The notes beneath the pieces were generated by a model. It was given only the letters and a program-made list of their open reading frames with translations, had not been told where the DNA came from and searched no databases. The position numbers and the translations under genes are program-made. A DNA stretch of 64,000 nt. Source: Ruditapes philippinarum. Taxonomy: Eukaryota. Each line of letters opens with the position of its first letter. The first letter of the stretch is position 1. The DNA lies in contig NW_026852258.1 of the NCBI RefSeq assembly GCF_026571515.1, positions 434,001-498,000 of the forward strand, given 5' to 3'. This document shows, in pieces, positions 51,061 to 64,000 of this stretch.

Positions 51061-52632
51061 AAGAGAGTCTGGTTGGATATAAGAAATTAATGGGATATAA
51101 AAGAGTCTGAAGGGATATATGAGAGTCTGAAGGGATATATGAGTGTCTGAAGGTATATATGAGAGTCTGAAGGGATATATGAGTGTCTGAAGGGATATAT
51201 GAGTGTCTGAAGGGAAATAAGAGAGTCTGAAGGGTTATAAAAGAGTCTGAAGGGATATATGAGTGTCTGAAGGGATATATGAGTGTCTGAAGGGAAATAA
51301 GAGAGTCTGAAGGGATATAGGAGAGTCTCAAGGGATATAAGAGAGTCTGAAGGGATATATGAGAGTCTGATGGGAAATATGAGAGTCTGAAGGGATATAA
51401 GAGAGTCTGAACGGATATATGAGAGTCTGAAGGGAAATAAGAGAGTCTGAACGGATATATGAGAGTCTAAAGGGATATATGAGAGTCTGAAGAGATATAT
51501 GAGAGTCTGAAGGGATATAAGAGAGTCTGAAGGGATATATGAGTCTGAAGGGAATATGAGAGTCTGATGGGATATATGAGAGTCTGAAGGGATATATGAG
51601 AGTCTGAAGGGATATATAAGAGTGTCTGAAGGGAAATAAGAGAGTCTGAAGGGATATATAGGAGAGTCTGAAGGGATATATGAGAGTCTGAAGAGATATA
51701 TATATATGAGAGTCTGAAGGGAATAAGAGAGTCTGAAGGGATATATGAGAGTCTGAAGGGATATATGAGAGTCTGAAGGGATATATGAGAGTCTGAAGGG
51801 AAATAAGAGAGTCTGAAGGGATATATGAGAGTCTGAAGGGATATATGAGAGTCTGAAGGGATATATGAGAGTCTGAAACGGATATATGAGAGTCTGAAGG
51901 GATATAAGAGAGTCTGAACGGATATATGAGAGTCTGAAGGGAATATGAGAGTCTGAACGGATATATGAGAGTCTGAAGGATATATGAGAGTCTGAAGGAT
52001 ATATGAGAGTCTGAAGGGAAATAAGAGAGTCTGAAGGGATATATGAGAGTCTGAAGGGTTATAAGAGAGTCTGAACGGATATATGAGAGTCTGAAGGGAT
52101 ATAAGAGAGTCTGAAGGGTTATAAGAGAGTCTGAACGGATATAAGAGAGTCTGAAGGGAAATATGAGAGTCTGAAGGGATATAATAGTGTCTGAAGGGAT
52201 ATAAGAGTGTCTGAAGGGATATAAGAGAGTCTGAACAGATATAAGTGAGTGTGATGGGATTAATCATCTGTTTAGCTCAATAGGTAAAGCATTGAACTTT
52301 AAATTGGGCCATCCAAGTTCAATCCCCAGACAGTGCAGTGATTGATCATGAAATCCTTTCTACAGTTACTTGTATCTATCTTTGCGCCAGCATGTATCAC
52401 ACTGTACCTCTGCTCTGGCATGTGCAGAAGTTATCAGTTTCTTGGGAAAGTGAAGGCAACTAGTACTGGTAAACTGCTTGACAGCCTGCTTAGGAATGAA
52501 GCAGTAGCTTAACTGCAGTGTGCCCTGGCTTACTGACATGATCCGGAAGGTAAACTACTATAAAGAAAGTCTGATGGGATATAAAAGAGTCTGATGGGAT
52601 ATATCAGAGTCTGATGGGATATAAGAGCGTTT
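51061..52632. repeat. 20-bp minisatellite (GAGAGTCTGAAGGGATATAT), about 60 units, interrupted near its end by a SINE
   Basis: Direct tandem array at 51061-52258 with about 3 more diverged units at 52563-52632. Confidence 0.97.
52265..52560 (+). mobile_element. Degenerate tRNA-derived SINE
   Basis: TAGCTCAATAGGTAAAGC (A-box-like) and AGTTCAATCCCC (B-box-like) head, followed by a TTGATCATGAAAT...TACTGGTAAACTGCTT body. Confidence 0.65.
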
Positions 52633-55600
52633 GATCTGTTAAATAGGAACACTGAAGTGACATGTTAAAAACATTTAAAACATAAAAAAGTTTTCGTCAA
52701 GCCTTTCTGTCTATTTACACACTTTATTATATACTTTATCTAAGGCATATCACATACAATTTTTTGTCTTTGAATTTGATAAAATCTGTTCCAGAAGCAA
52801 AATTGAAACCATAACATGAACATTCTGTGCAAAACTACGGCATCTTATACAAAACCTAATGAAATTTACAACAGTTTTGCATAAATACCATACCCCTTAA
52901 ACATCCACCATGACTTACTACTACTTCCTTTCCTTTACAGCATGCAGCCATACACTGTTAAACCCATTAAAACATTCATTTCTCATTCTAAAAATTATCT
53001 TTTACAACAGTGAATAAATTCAATTTTCTAGACTAAATCTTTAAACTGGTTTAATCAAAACTTTCTTAAAATTAAAACCATGGGAAACAAATTAAATTAA
53101 TCAAATTTGTACATTTTCTTATATGCAAAACTAAAAAAAGTCTTTAACAGTATCCATGTAAAAAAATCCTTAAATACTTACAGTACTTTTCATACTCAGC
53201 ATCTATGTCAAATTCATCCATTTTTCACAATGTGTAACTGTTTAATACAATTATATATCCATATAAAAATCCACTCTTTCAATTATTATAAATCCTGCTG
53301 AATTTCTTACTTCAATCTACTGACAGTCTAAAGAGAAATCTCCAATTAATTAAATTGTTATTTTCTCTCACAAAAAGTCCAATAAAACATTAATTTTAAT
53401 TAAAACTTAAATCCTTGTAAACTAAAATACTTCTTACTTCATCTAGGAAAATAAATAGTAAACTTTGATTCCAATAAAAACACTTGTTTTTTTTGTTGTT
53501 TTTTTATCTTTTAAATATTAATGAATAATCTTATCATTCCTTTGTTTAAATCTTATTTCCAATAAACTTAGTCAATAGTTCTAGTGCACATTATTCCATT
53601 CTCATCTAAGAACAGGTATAAGGTACATTAATCAGTTACAATTCAATAATAGGTAACGACCCTCCTCGTGATTGAAGTGCAGAACACTACTGCACCCTTA
53701 AGTCTGAATCATGATGAAATTCTGACTCTATACACTGCAAATTACATGACACACAAAATGAAAATTCCAGACAAACCCCTCATAAAATTAACCGAAAATC
53801 TTTTAAAAGAAAAGCAGTCTTTAAGTCTTCTTACAAGATTTTCAGAATGCTTGACATTTGAAGCAAATCAAGCTTTAATCTGCATAAAATTCAATTAAAA
53901 ATCTCTATAATTACAACTGACAAACTCTTAAGTGATTCAGTATTTGAAAATGGATAGATGAAAAAAAATTATACAAATAATTTCTTCCAAATGAATATGA
54001 AAAAGATGGAGAAAAAGTCCATTGGAACTGAGATATCCATAGACTATATGAAACTGCAGAGTGTTTCTTATTAATCAATAGCATGCTTTAGTTTCTGAAA
54101 CATTGAAACTTCTGCTCTTACTGAGTTGATAAATTACACCAAAATTTTCCCATAAACTTCTATTAATTTTCCATTAATCCATGTTCCTTCAAAGACATCA
54201 TATAACATTCTCTAAATAGCATACATGATTCTTTAATAATTTCATCAATTTTTTTTTTTAAAAGAAACTTTATATCATTTTATAACATTTTCTATCTATT
54301 ATTTGTATTTTATTTCCTTAAATTTGTGCAATGGCTGTTGTCTGTTTAATTAATTTGAAATTTTACTCTGCATTTTCTTTCCTTAAAGTAATATCTAACT
54401 GCAAAATAAATTTTAATTTCTAATACTAAAAATGACACATTTTTATGTCAGATCACTTCTATCAATGATTTATTTGATATTTTTCTCTTCCAATAATAAC
54501 TAAATAATTTTCTTTTTTCCAGACTTGAATGAACCTAAACTGAATTTAATAAAGTAAAAACCCTAGCTGAATAAAGTCATTTATTTATTAAATCCAACTA
54601 AAATCCTTGTTCAAACAATGAATATCTCCAGTTCTAAAAATCTTTACAAACTTCAAGATTTTTCGCAAATTTTACATATTAAAACATATATATATATACA
54701 TGTTAACATTGTCTTGTAACTGAATAATGTCAATGTTTCTTAAACACATAGCAACTTTCGGTCAGTCACGATTATTATGTTTCACCATCACTCTCTCAAG
54801 TTTTAATCCACATAACAATTATATGGTCTAGCGCTTTTACTCTACACTGTAACAAGTCCCGCAGTCCGATTATAACAGTATTACAATGTTTCAGTTTATA
54901 AAACTTTACAATAGCAGTAGCAAGTTTCTATATACTAATGATAATTATGATATTTTTACAGATAATTCCATCATTAACACTAATGGCTTTAATGTATAAG
55001 GTGTGTTCTTCACAATTTAATATAATTTGTTTATTGATAATGCTAATTTCCCGTAAGTAAGAAAAGGAATTATTCATAGCACCATTATAATGTATTTTAT
55101 CTTGTATTTTGTTTTTCCTCATCTGCTAGCAATAATGAAAGCTGGCAAATGGCATATATATTCACCTAACTTGATCCTATAATGGACAACTATTGATATA
55201 CTAGATAAGACAGTCGCAGGATAAAAGTAACTGGCATTATATAATAATATATACACGCTTGATACATTATTGTTCTTGAAATTTTCAGCTTCATATAACA
55301 TTATTGTGGCTCTCGGGAATATTTGTAAATTAAAGATTTTTGAAATCAAATCCCTGTTCTTCTATTTTATAATGATATATAATAATTTATTTGGAGGTTG
55401 GGTTTTACTTTTTTTAAGCACCAACGCTGCAAAGGTCCTATGGCTACTTTCCAGATTTAATGGTAAAGAAAGACCTCAGGTGCCCCTCTCTGCATTATTT
55501 CAGGTGCAATTGGGCACCTGAGAAGAACAAGCGATGTTATGTTAGCTTGCTTGATAACTTCCTCAAAAATTTTCATCAGGGCAAAACATTTAAATCAAAA

Positions 55601-56453
55601 AGGGCATAACATAATATTATCACAAAAAAAAAAATAGGATCATCTGTCCATTATGCATGATGCCATATCCTAATAGTCAGAGTGTCATTAAAATAGCTCC
55701 ACTTATTTTGTTTTGAAAAGTAAAACTAAAATAGTTAAATCAGTTAAAATCATTCTCTTTACAGAAACAAGATAGAGAAGATGCAATTTTCTCTTGTGAA
55801 TACCAAAACAACAACACAAAACAATAAAGCTAATAATTCTGATTTATCACAGCATTTCAAACAGTGAAAATTAGGTTCAAATTACTCCTGGTTGTTCATA
55901 CATGTCATTTGAGAGGAAACACGATCTATCAGTACTAAGTTACATCAGCATTTCAACAAATGACCCATCATAAAAATAGATTTTCTTGACATTTTTATGC
56001 ACTGGTCTTCAACAGTTCAAGAAGCCAAACAGTTTTTAGTGGGCAATGAAAACTATTTGCTACTCAGATTCTGTCATACTAATAGTTGTTATGTCAAGTG
56101 GAATTCTATGTAAATAGTTTCATGTTACTTTCCTGGCAGAGTAAGGACACATTTATGTTATTATTTTGCACCAGTCCTGCAGAGTTAATGTAGAAATTAA
56201 AGGTAGAATTCTTATGAAATTATCACTAAATACTGCCATGTGACATGATGTTGACTCTTCCCAGGGGTTTGCTGCAGGGAAACATCATGTATCATATTAA
56301 TATTATTATGACAACAGCCAGTATTAATGTGAATGAAACCTGACAAAAGTATAAAATATTGTGAACTGTTTCAAAGTGTAAATTCTTGAAAAACAAAATG
56401 TTGTTAGAATGTTCTAAGTGATTCAGTATGATAATTTATATGATGAATAATAT

Positions 56454-56688
56454 GAGCCGCGTCACGACAAAACCAACATAATGGGTTTGCGACCAGCATG
56501 GATCCAGACCAGCCTGCGCATCCGCGCAGTCTGATCAGGATCCATGCTGTTCGCTTACCAACCCTATTACAAGTAGAGAAACTGATAACGAACAGCATGA
56601 ATCCTGATCAGACTGCGCGGATGCCCAGGCTGGTCTGGATCCATGCTGGTCGCAAACCCACTATGTTGGTTTTGTCATGACGCGGCTC
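56454..56688. mobile_element. Palindromic Sola-like MITE
   Basis: Same family as 35625; flanks ATAT / ATAA. Confidence 0.88.
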
Positions 56689-57248
56689 ATAATATTTTGT
56701 TCTGCCATATACAGATACCCGATATGATAATTTGACCCACATATCCCACACCTAACAACATCTATTTATAATTCTTTCTTAGGTGGTTTTTTTGGTCACA
56801 TTTGATACTAAAATACTATCAACATGATTCTGTTTGGTATTACCAGTACTCATGTCCTTCCATTATGAACCAATTTATATAACAGAGGCTGCAACATACT
56901 TCATGTAAATATGACCACGAAACCTTAACCTAATAATACTTTCATAATATTTCACAGAGCAATATATATATGTCAAATCAATATGTTATTTTATAACTTT
57001 CGGCTGACAATCTTCTGTTTTTGGCATTCAAGGATGTAACAGCACACACACACCATCTCTGTGCTTTCATTTTTTTGTAAAGAACACAAGTCAAATGCAG
57101 ATATTTTAATTATCCACAAATAGACAACAAGATCAAAGTGTGGCAGTCAGTTAGTGCAAAGGTGGTCAGTCTATTGATAACCATAAATCTGACACTTTTC
57201 TTTGACTCCATATTGACATTTTATACCTGGAAAATTATAATATCAAAT

Positions 57249-57483
57249 GAGCCGTGTCATGACAAAACCAACATAATGGGTTTGCGACCAGCATGGATCC
57301 AGACCAGCCTGCGCATCCGTGCTGTCTGATCAGGATCCATGCTGTTCGCCTACCAACCCTATTACAAGTAGAGAAACTGATAGCGAACAGCATGGATCTT
57401 GATCAGACTGCGCGGATGTGCAGGCTGGTCTGGATCCATGCTGGTCACAAACCCACTATGTTGGTTTTGTCATGACGTGGCTC
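57249..57483. mobile_element. Palindromic Sola-like MITE
   Basis: Same family; exact 4-bp TSD AAAT. Confidence 0.88.
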
Positions 57484-60400
57484 AAATAAAATGTATGATA
57501 AAATATCTGACAAATAAACCTGTATGGTTAATATTCCTTGTTTACAAACAAAAATTGACAAACAAAATCAAGTTGCCAAGTCCTGTGTGGCAACGTAAAA
57601 AATTGCCCCGTACTTCACTTCAGTGTTGTTATATTTTTCTGGTCCTTCATGATCATTGATAACAGCACATTTAACTGTTGAAAATTGAGTAATTGACCAA
57701 GCCGGTGCTAGGGGCGTGAGGGATGTTGCACTTTGTCATTATCACTTATGTACAGACTCAATCAAACCGAGTCTGCAATTATGTACTCTGCTATTTTCGA
57801 TGCTTCCGAGGGATCACTTTTTTCCCAGATTTTTATTTAATTTTTTTTTTCAATTTTCAGTAAGTGTTAAGGACAAAATAGGTGTCATTTTACAAAATAA
57901 TTTTAACAATCCAGTATGAAGGTTAAAGCTGAATATGTTTTACTATGGTACAACATTTGTTAAGGTAGATTGAATATCACCCACATGAGAATGGTGCTAT
58001 ACAATAAATGCAGGTAGATTTTTCTCCCAATTATCACATTCCAATCCTTATTATCTCTCTAGATACTACTATCTATATTTAATCATCTGTTCAAAAATTT
58101 CACCCTCATTTACCTACCATTTAATTATTCTTAATGCTGATCATTTAAAGATACTGTTATAATCATAGTCTATCATCAATATATATAATGTATTTGAAAT
58201 ACTGAATTTACAGAATAACATTATCATATCATCCACCCTGAATGAATGAATGCAAAGGTAATCCACATAATCCAGGGTCAAGTCTATAAATATCATTGGG
58301 AATGTTTCGGTAATGTTCATTTTTTTTTTAAGATTGGGCAGTCTTTTTTAAAATTTATCTTATCTTAAACATTTTTCAATCATCATTATGAATTAGTAAT
58401 ATATTTCAAGACATTGAATAAATAGTCAATCTCTTGAAATTATTACTAATTCACCAAAACTTGATAGCGAAAATAAATGAGCATAATGTATATTGTTTAA
58501 ACTTATGTGCACTAGTTTTATTTATACTTAACTGTTAGAATCACACTACATCACTGTAGATATCAACTTATATCTTATGAGGTACTTCTGTCAACATCTG
58601 TCCTAAAATATCTCTCTCATTAATTTTACTTTCTTTTTCTTATTCTGATAAGTGTCTACACCATAAATCTCTTGTCTTACATGAGGCTTGTATGAGGCCA
58701 TATTTAACAGCCTTGTTCTTAAATTATTTCCCTCCATTACTATAGTATACCTAGTACCATTTTCTTGTTGGAAGTACTCAGATCAATCACAAAGTCCTAA
58801 AATTCTAATTGTTCTAAATTAAGACAATTCACTGTCAAAACTATAGTATATTTAAGATTATAATCTACATGCACATTGTACATTCTAAAAGTACTTTTTC
58901 TAAGAAATATATTGTTTCTCCATCAGAGCCAATAATCTGTTTGAAAATTAATTAAAATGTTTGGGAAATGTACTCCACTGAAATGTTACAGCTCTTTACA
59001 CCATAGATACTGATAAAATAAATCTGACATGAGAGATTATTTTCCAGTCAAACACTAATGTTACAACTTTTCCAGACATGTATATCAAGTATAAAGATTT
59101 ATGTTCTAAATGTCAAATGTGATCTGAATAAAATTGGACTACAACTGATGTGTTAGCAATTGGATAAAATAAGATCTCCCAGACTAATTTCTTTAAATAA
59201 CCTATTAAAAATTATCTTTACTTAAAATTTATTCAAAAAGATCTGATAAGTAAAAAAAATATATAATTCATTAGACACATGACAATTTTAAATATTCTAT
59301 TCTGTATGTATTATGTCATTATTTTGATGTAAATAAATTGAATAAAGACACATTTTTGATATTATCAAATTTAAGCAAATTCATGACATTTGAATTAAAA
59401 TTAGAAACATCATTTATTGTAATGTCTTGCACTTTTTTACACACTATTATCTGAATGTTAATTTAAGAATATTTGTCCATAACCTGCTTGAACCTAGGTT
59501 CCAAGTGATAAGCCTTTGCCAACAGTATAGAGCCAGGCTAGCCAGCACATCCTTGAAGTCTGATCAGGTTCTATACATCTTTTGAGCTCAATTTTAGTAT
59601 TCATATTCATTTCTGATTTTGTATTAAGATCGAAACAGTAGCAGCATGTGTTGTCTTTAATACTATTATAGAATACATGAAATCCCTTTATCTTTGAATA
59701 TACTATTCCAATAGGGCATCCATTATAAAATTCAACAAGTAATTTGTATCTAAAATTATCAAGCAAATTATCCAGTGCGGTAATTCTAAATATCAACATT
59801 TTCCTCCAGCTATCTAGATTTCTAAACAATAAAGTAAATGATGATGATAATATTAAGTTTTTCATGATATTTCATACTTTATCTATGAATTTATCATTGT
59901 TGTTTAGATATAATTTGAGATGCATTGCATACCTTAGATAAGATAACAAAATAATTCTGTAGAAAATAATTGAAATGCAACTTGTTTTGAAATACAAAAA
60001 TAAACAGTTTTTCTTAGTCAATTAGTGTATAAATCTGATAGTTTTTTTACTTTATAGATCAATTCTGAGTGCTTTTAGTTGAAGGTCATTGTAAAATTTA
60101 TGCATGACTTTTTAATGAGGCGTTCATGGCTGAGTGGTTAAGGTGATTAACTTTAAACCATTTACCCTTCACCATTGTTCCAAACCGGCCAGAAATGGAC
60201 ACCTGAGGTTTTCAGTAACCAGTAATGCTGGAAAGGTGCCACATGACCTGTACTGTGTTAGTGTGACACAAGAGTTATAGAACTTGTCATGCATGACGTT
60301 GGTGAGGAGTCTGATAATATGATCATAATTAAATTTTCAAGTTTTTAAATAACAAAAAAAATAAACTTTTTTCACAAAAATGATGGAATTTTTTGTATGT

Positions 60401-62808
60401 AATCATATGTACTAAGAACAGGTAAAAATTAATAATATAGGTATTAATAATCAACTATTTCAATTTAAAAGTGAATCCCTTATATATAAAAATCATTTTC
60501 ACAGCATAAAAACTTTAACCCAAAATCTGAATACAAAATGAGGATATAAAATAGCACTCCTTATCCTTCAAAATGTGAGTAATTAGGGACAAAAAATCTG
60601 GAAAGTTATAAAAACAATCTTACTTTAAGAATTTCGTTTTGCGGTTTAATCTAAGTTTCAGGTTAATTTTGGATGAGCATTTATTCTTTCAAACAATGTA
60701 TTATAAATAAAGGAAGAGAATAAAAAAACATCAACTATCATCTGGCATACTGAAGTGATCCAACAATATCAACCAGTAATCACATACTTTTATTTCATAG
60801 GTATAACAATTCTAACTCAATTACTAACACTTTTCTACAGAAAATTATTACTACTTAAAGACAAGTAGATCTTAAAAGAGTGGGATTTTCCACAGCTGTA
60901 TAAAGTATTTATGTACGGAGCTGCATTTCATAACTTTACATCATTTCTAAGGAATTTTAGTATTCATTTCAAGAAGTGGAATAAAGTTGGAAACAAGAAA
61001 TTGCAAACACATGTTTTAACATATTTTCTGTTACATAAGCAGCCTACTTAAAAATATATGAGCTGTTCCAAACAATTTCTGTATATAATTTTAGCAATTT
61101 AACCCTGTTTTTGAAACACCTGTGATAACCAATAAAACTTCTATTATAACAATACAGACAAATCATCTATTTAAAGTAATATTAAAAAAGTAAATAATAT
61201 TTCAATAAAATTGTGTAGGGCGGTCTAATGGTGGAAAATTAAACCACTTTACAGACATGTTTTAAATGTATGATCTATATAATGGGATGAAACTTCTTTC
61301 TTTCCTTAGTTGATCTATTTTAATTTCCTCAAAGGAAAATAGTTGTAACTTGACACATTGAATACAAAATCTTGTATGAATAATTTACCTTAAATGTCAA
61401 TATGTGGTCACCTAATTTAGTAATATATATCTGAAAGTCAAAAATCTTATTGTTTTTATTCTGAGTCATTGTAGTGTATAATTTACCCTTTAAATTCTAA
61501 TATGTGCCCTAATTTATAAATATATGCTGAAAGTCAAAAACTTATTGTTTTAATTTTTGCAGTCCCATTAAAGGTTTGAATATGTAAATTCATAGGCACA
61601 AATTATATAGAAAATATTTAAGAAATAAATAGATTTTATAAATGACAGCACAATATAAAATAATAACTATATATGATTAAATAGTATTAATATTATACAT
61701 GTTTGTCTTGGATTACTGTAACATGAAAGGATATAACATGCGTGACATTTTAAAAGCCACAGAGACAACAGGCTATAGTGATTTGGTTAATACTGAATTC
61801 ATTTTAGTTGGATTGTGGAGGAAGTTTTAAGCTTATACACACACTTTTGAATCCATTCCTAGAACCGACCAGTACAAAACAATGGCCATAAAGTTTCTTG
61901 CTCAAGTAACAACTACTTGCCCATGAAGGAGTTTAGGACCTTTTGTGATCAGCAATTACAACATTTTTAGTCAGATCTGTTCACTACTAGGCCATGCTGT
62001 ATGAATATAAGTAATGTCATTTCTTCACAGACTTACATCTTCAGTATGTTATAGGCCCAACAATTTCTTCATTTTCTAAAATTATTCTCTTTCCTGTAAT
62101 TATTTAATGGATATCAAAGTAGTCCCCACCTGTTATATTATTTATGGATTAAACCCAGAATTTGCAAAGTCTATCTTGATGGAAATTATGATTTGCTATT
62201 CATAAATTATATAAAAAATATCAAAATATTTTACTTACTGTTTGATTTTAATCAGTCAGGTAATCGTATGTTTTAATTGAATCCTCACTAAATGCTCTCA
62301 CTCAATTTCCTGAAGACAGGGAGAAAAAAAAACAAACAACATGACATTAAACTTTTCAACATAAACTGAAAATTGATATTTGGTTAGATTAACATTGCTT
62401 CAAGGAAGATATTTCAACTACAACTTAATTAAAACATCAAAGTACTGGTGATGTTAAACATTCAGAAAAACACTCATTTTGTTAGATTTGTGGTTATATG
62501 TGTATTGTTTGTGATCTGTAGTTTATAAATTAATGTCTGTTGTCTTCATAGTGATAGTACATTGAAGGACATTCCAACAAACCAAGGGTTTGCCAATTAC
62601 CACATGACAGAAATTTGGCAAACACATTTGCTGTCATCTTATGTTTAAATGTAACTCTGTGTATCAGTCCTGAATTTTAGTTCATAATTCATTTATAAAA
62701 GCACAGTTCATAACATGTAGCCAATTTTAAATGTGTGTTCTTTTTTTGGATAAATATTGAACAATAAATCTATAAAACTTAGTAAAAAAACTTAAGACAT
62801 ATACTGCA

Positions 62809-63662
62809 AACAAGAGCCCGGTTTGAGCCGGGTGATGCTCCCCGAATAGGTTTTGGACACAGGAAAGTACACCTCTTGTAGTTTCAGAGTTATGTCTGTG
62901 GAAAAAGTTCAAAGTGCAATAATTCCAAAATTAGGCAAGGAAGAGTTATACTGTTCTTTGCACTGCACTTCTTATCAAAGTCATCTATCAACCTACAAAG
63001 TTTCTTGTTGATATCTCTTATGGTTTCTGAGTTATGTCCCGGACAACTTCAAAAAGTAAAAATAAACAAAGGGCAATAACTCCAGAATTAGGCAATGCAG
63101 AGTTATGCTTCTTGTGCACTGCACATCTACCCATTGAGATATATCTACCTACAAAGTTTCATGTTGATATCTCTTATAGTTTTACAGCTATGTCCTGGAC
63201 AAGATTTTTCTAAAAGGGGAGATAATCCAAAAATGAGGCTTAACAGAGTTATGGTTCTTTTGTGCTGCACTTCTACTCATTTAAGATCTATCTACATACA
63301 AAGTTTCATTTTGATATCTCTTATAGTTTTAGAGTTATGTTCCAGACAAAGTTCAAAGTGTTAAAATTAACAAAGGGCAATAACTCCAAAATTAGGACAA
63401 AAAGATGCTGCACATCTACACATTGAGATCTATTCAACTACAAAGTTTCATGTTGATATCTCTTATAGTTTTAGAGTTATGTCCCAGACAAGATTTTTCT
63501 ATCAGGGGAGATAATTCAAAAACTGGGCAAAATAGAGTTATGGTTCTTTGACACTGCACTCCCCCTCAATGTCCTCTACCACTGTATGAAGTTTAAACAA
63601 ATTATTTCCAAGGGTTTTCAAGTTATGCTCCGGACAAGACAACGGACGGACAGACGGACGGA
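62809..63662 (-). mobile_element. HINE-type element whose GGAC microsatellite end is interrupted by further insertions
   Basis: AACAAGAGCCCGG..CCGGG hairpin, tandem GGGCAATAACTCC...AGAGTTATG units, (GGAC)n. Confidence 0.78.
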
Positions 63663-63668
63663 CATACT

Positions 63669-63839
63669 TAGCAGACGTGTTTGTGGGGTTATTCCTTTGA
63701 TCTCTTAACCCCACAAGAGCAAATTTTTTTAACCCCATAAGAGCATTTTTAACCACATAATACATGTCTCTACGGAATGAACCCCATACAGAGTGCCTGT
63801 ACATAAACCTAAACCTCATAATGTAGCTCTCGTCTGCTC
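63669..63839. mobile_element. Short TIR element inserted in the HINE microsatellite
   Basis: AGCAGACG / CGTCTGCT ends; about six AACCCCAYA-like subterminal motifs; GGACGGAC resumes afterwards. Confidence 0.55.
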
Positions 63840-64000
63840 GGACGGACGGAAGTTCTAACAGGAGAGTAATTATGTGGCTACTCCATTGTTCTCTCTATTG
63901 TTCTTTTTAGCCACACAAAAGAAAATAGCCACATAAAAGCATTACGGAATGAATGACATCAAAGAGAAAGAACAGTTACCTATTGTCCCTCTAGCCACAT

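Noticed and set aside
51020-52267. ORFs of 103 aa and 266 aa, and a superficially CRISPR-like periodicity
   Set aside because: They are translations of a 20-bp tandem repeat with no unique spacers and no cas genes, in a eukaryotic context.
56404-57659. Repeated MDPDQPAHPRSLIRIHAV-type ORFs
   Set aside because: They are translations of the palindromic MITE, not genes.

Overview
AT-rich, intron-rich animal genomic DNA, not prokaryotic. The repeat families suggest a bivalve mollusc (inference). Three protein-coding genes are supported. (1) The 5' part of a TP53BP1/53BP1 orthologue on the minus strand, with about 15 small exons from 12187 down to 376, continuing off the left edge; it is recognised from conserved N-terminal S/T-Q-region motifs. 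(2) A complete five-exon RPS6 gene on the plus strand (19919-26037) with a TCT/5'TOP start, head-to-head with TP53BP1. (3) The main coding exon of a TNFAIP8/TIPE-family gene on the minus strand (45460-46034). The rest is a dense set of mobile elements: an intron-bearing mariner remnant, a pogo-type fossil, a BED-finger hAT carrying a nested TTAA element, three CAG-ended elements with 5-bp target duplications, Helentron-type (HINE/pearl-like) elements with satellite arrays, Sola-like palindromic MITEs, a Kolobok-like element, tRNA-derived SINEs and a 20-bp minisatellite. The most unusual structure is a diverged inverted repeat of about 250 bp that brackets the RPS6 promoter and exon 1; its left arm ends in a GCGAAGC-loop hairpin. 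All calls were made by eye without database searches. No CRISPR array, rRNA or true tRNA gene was found.
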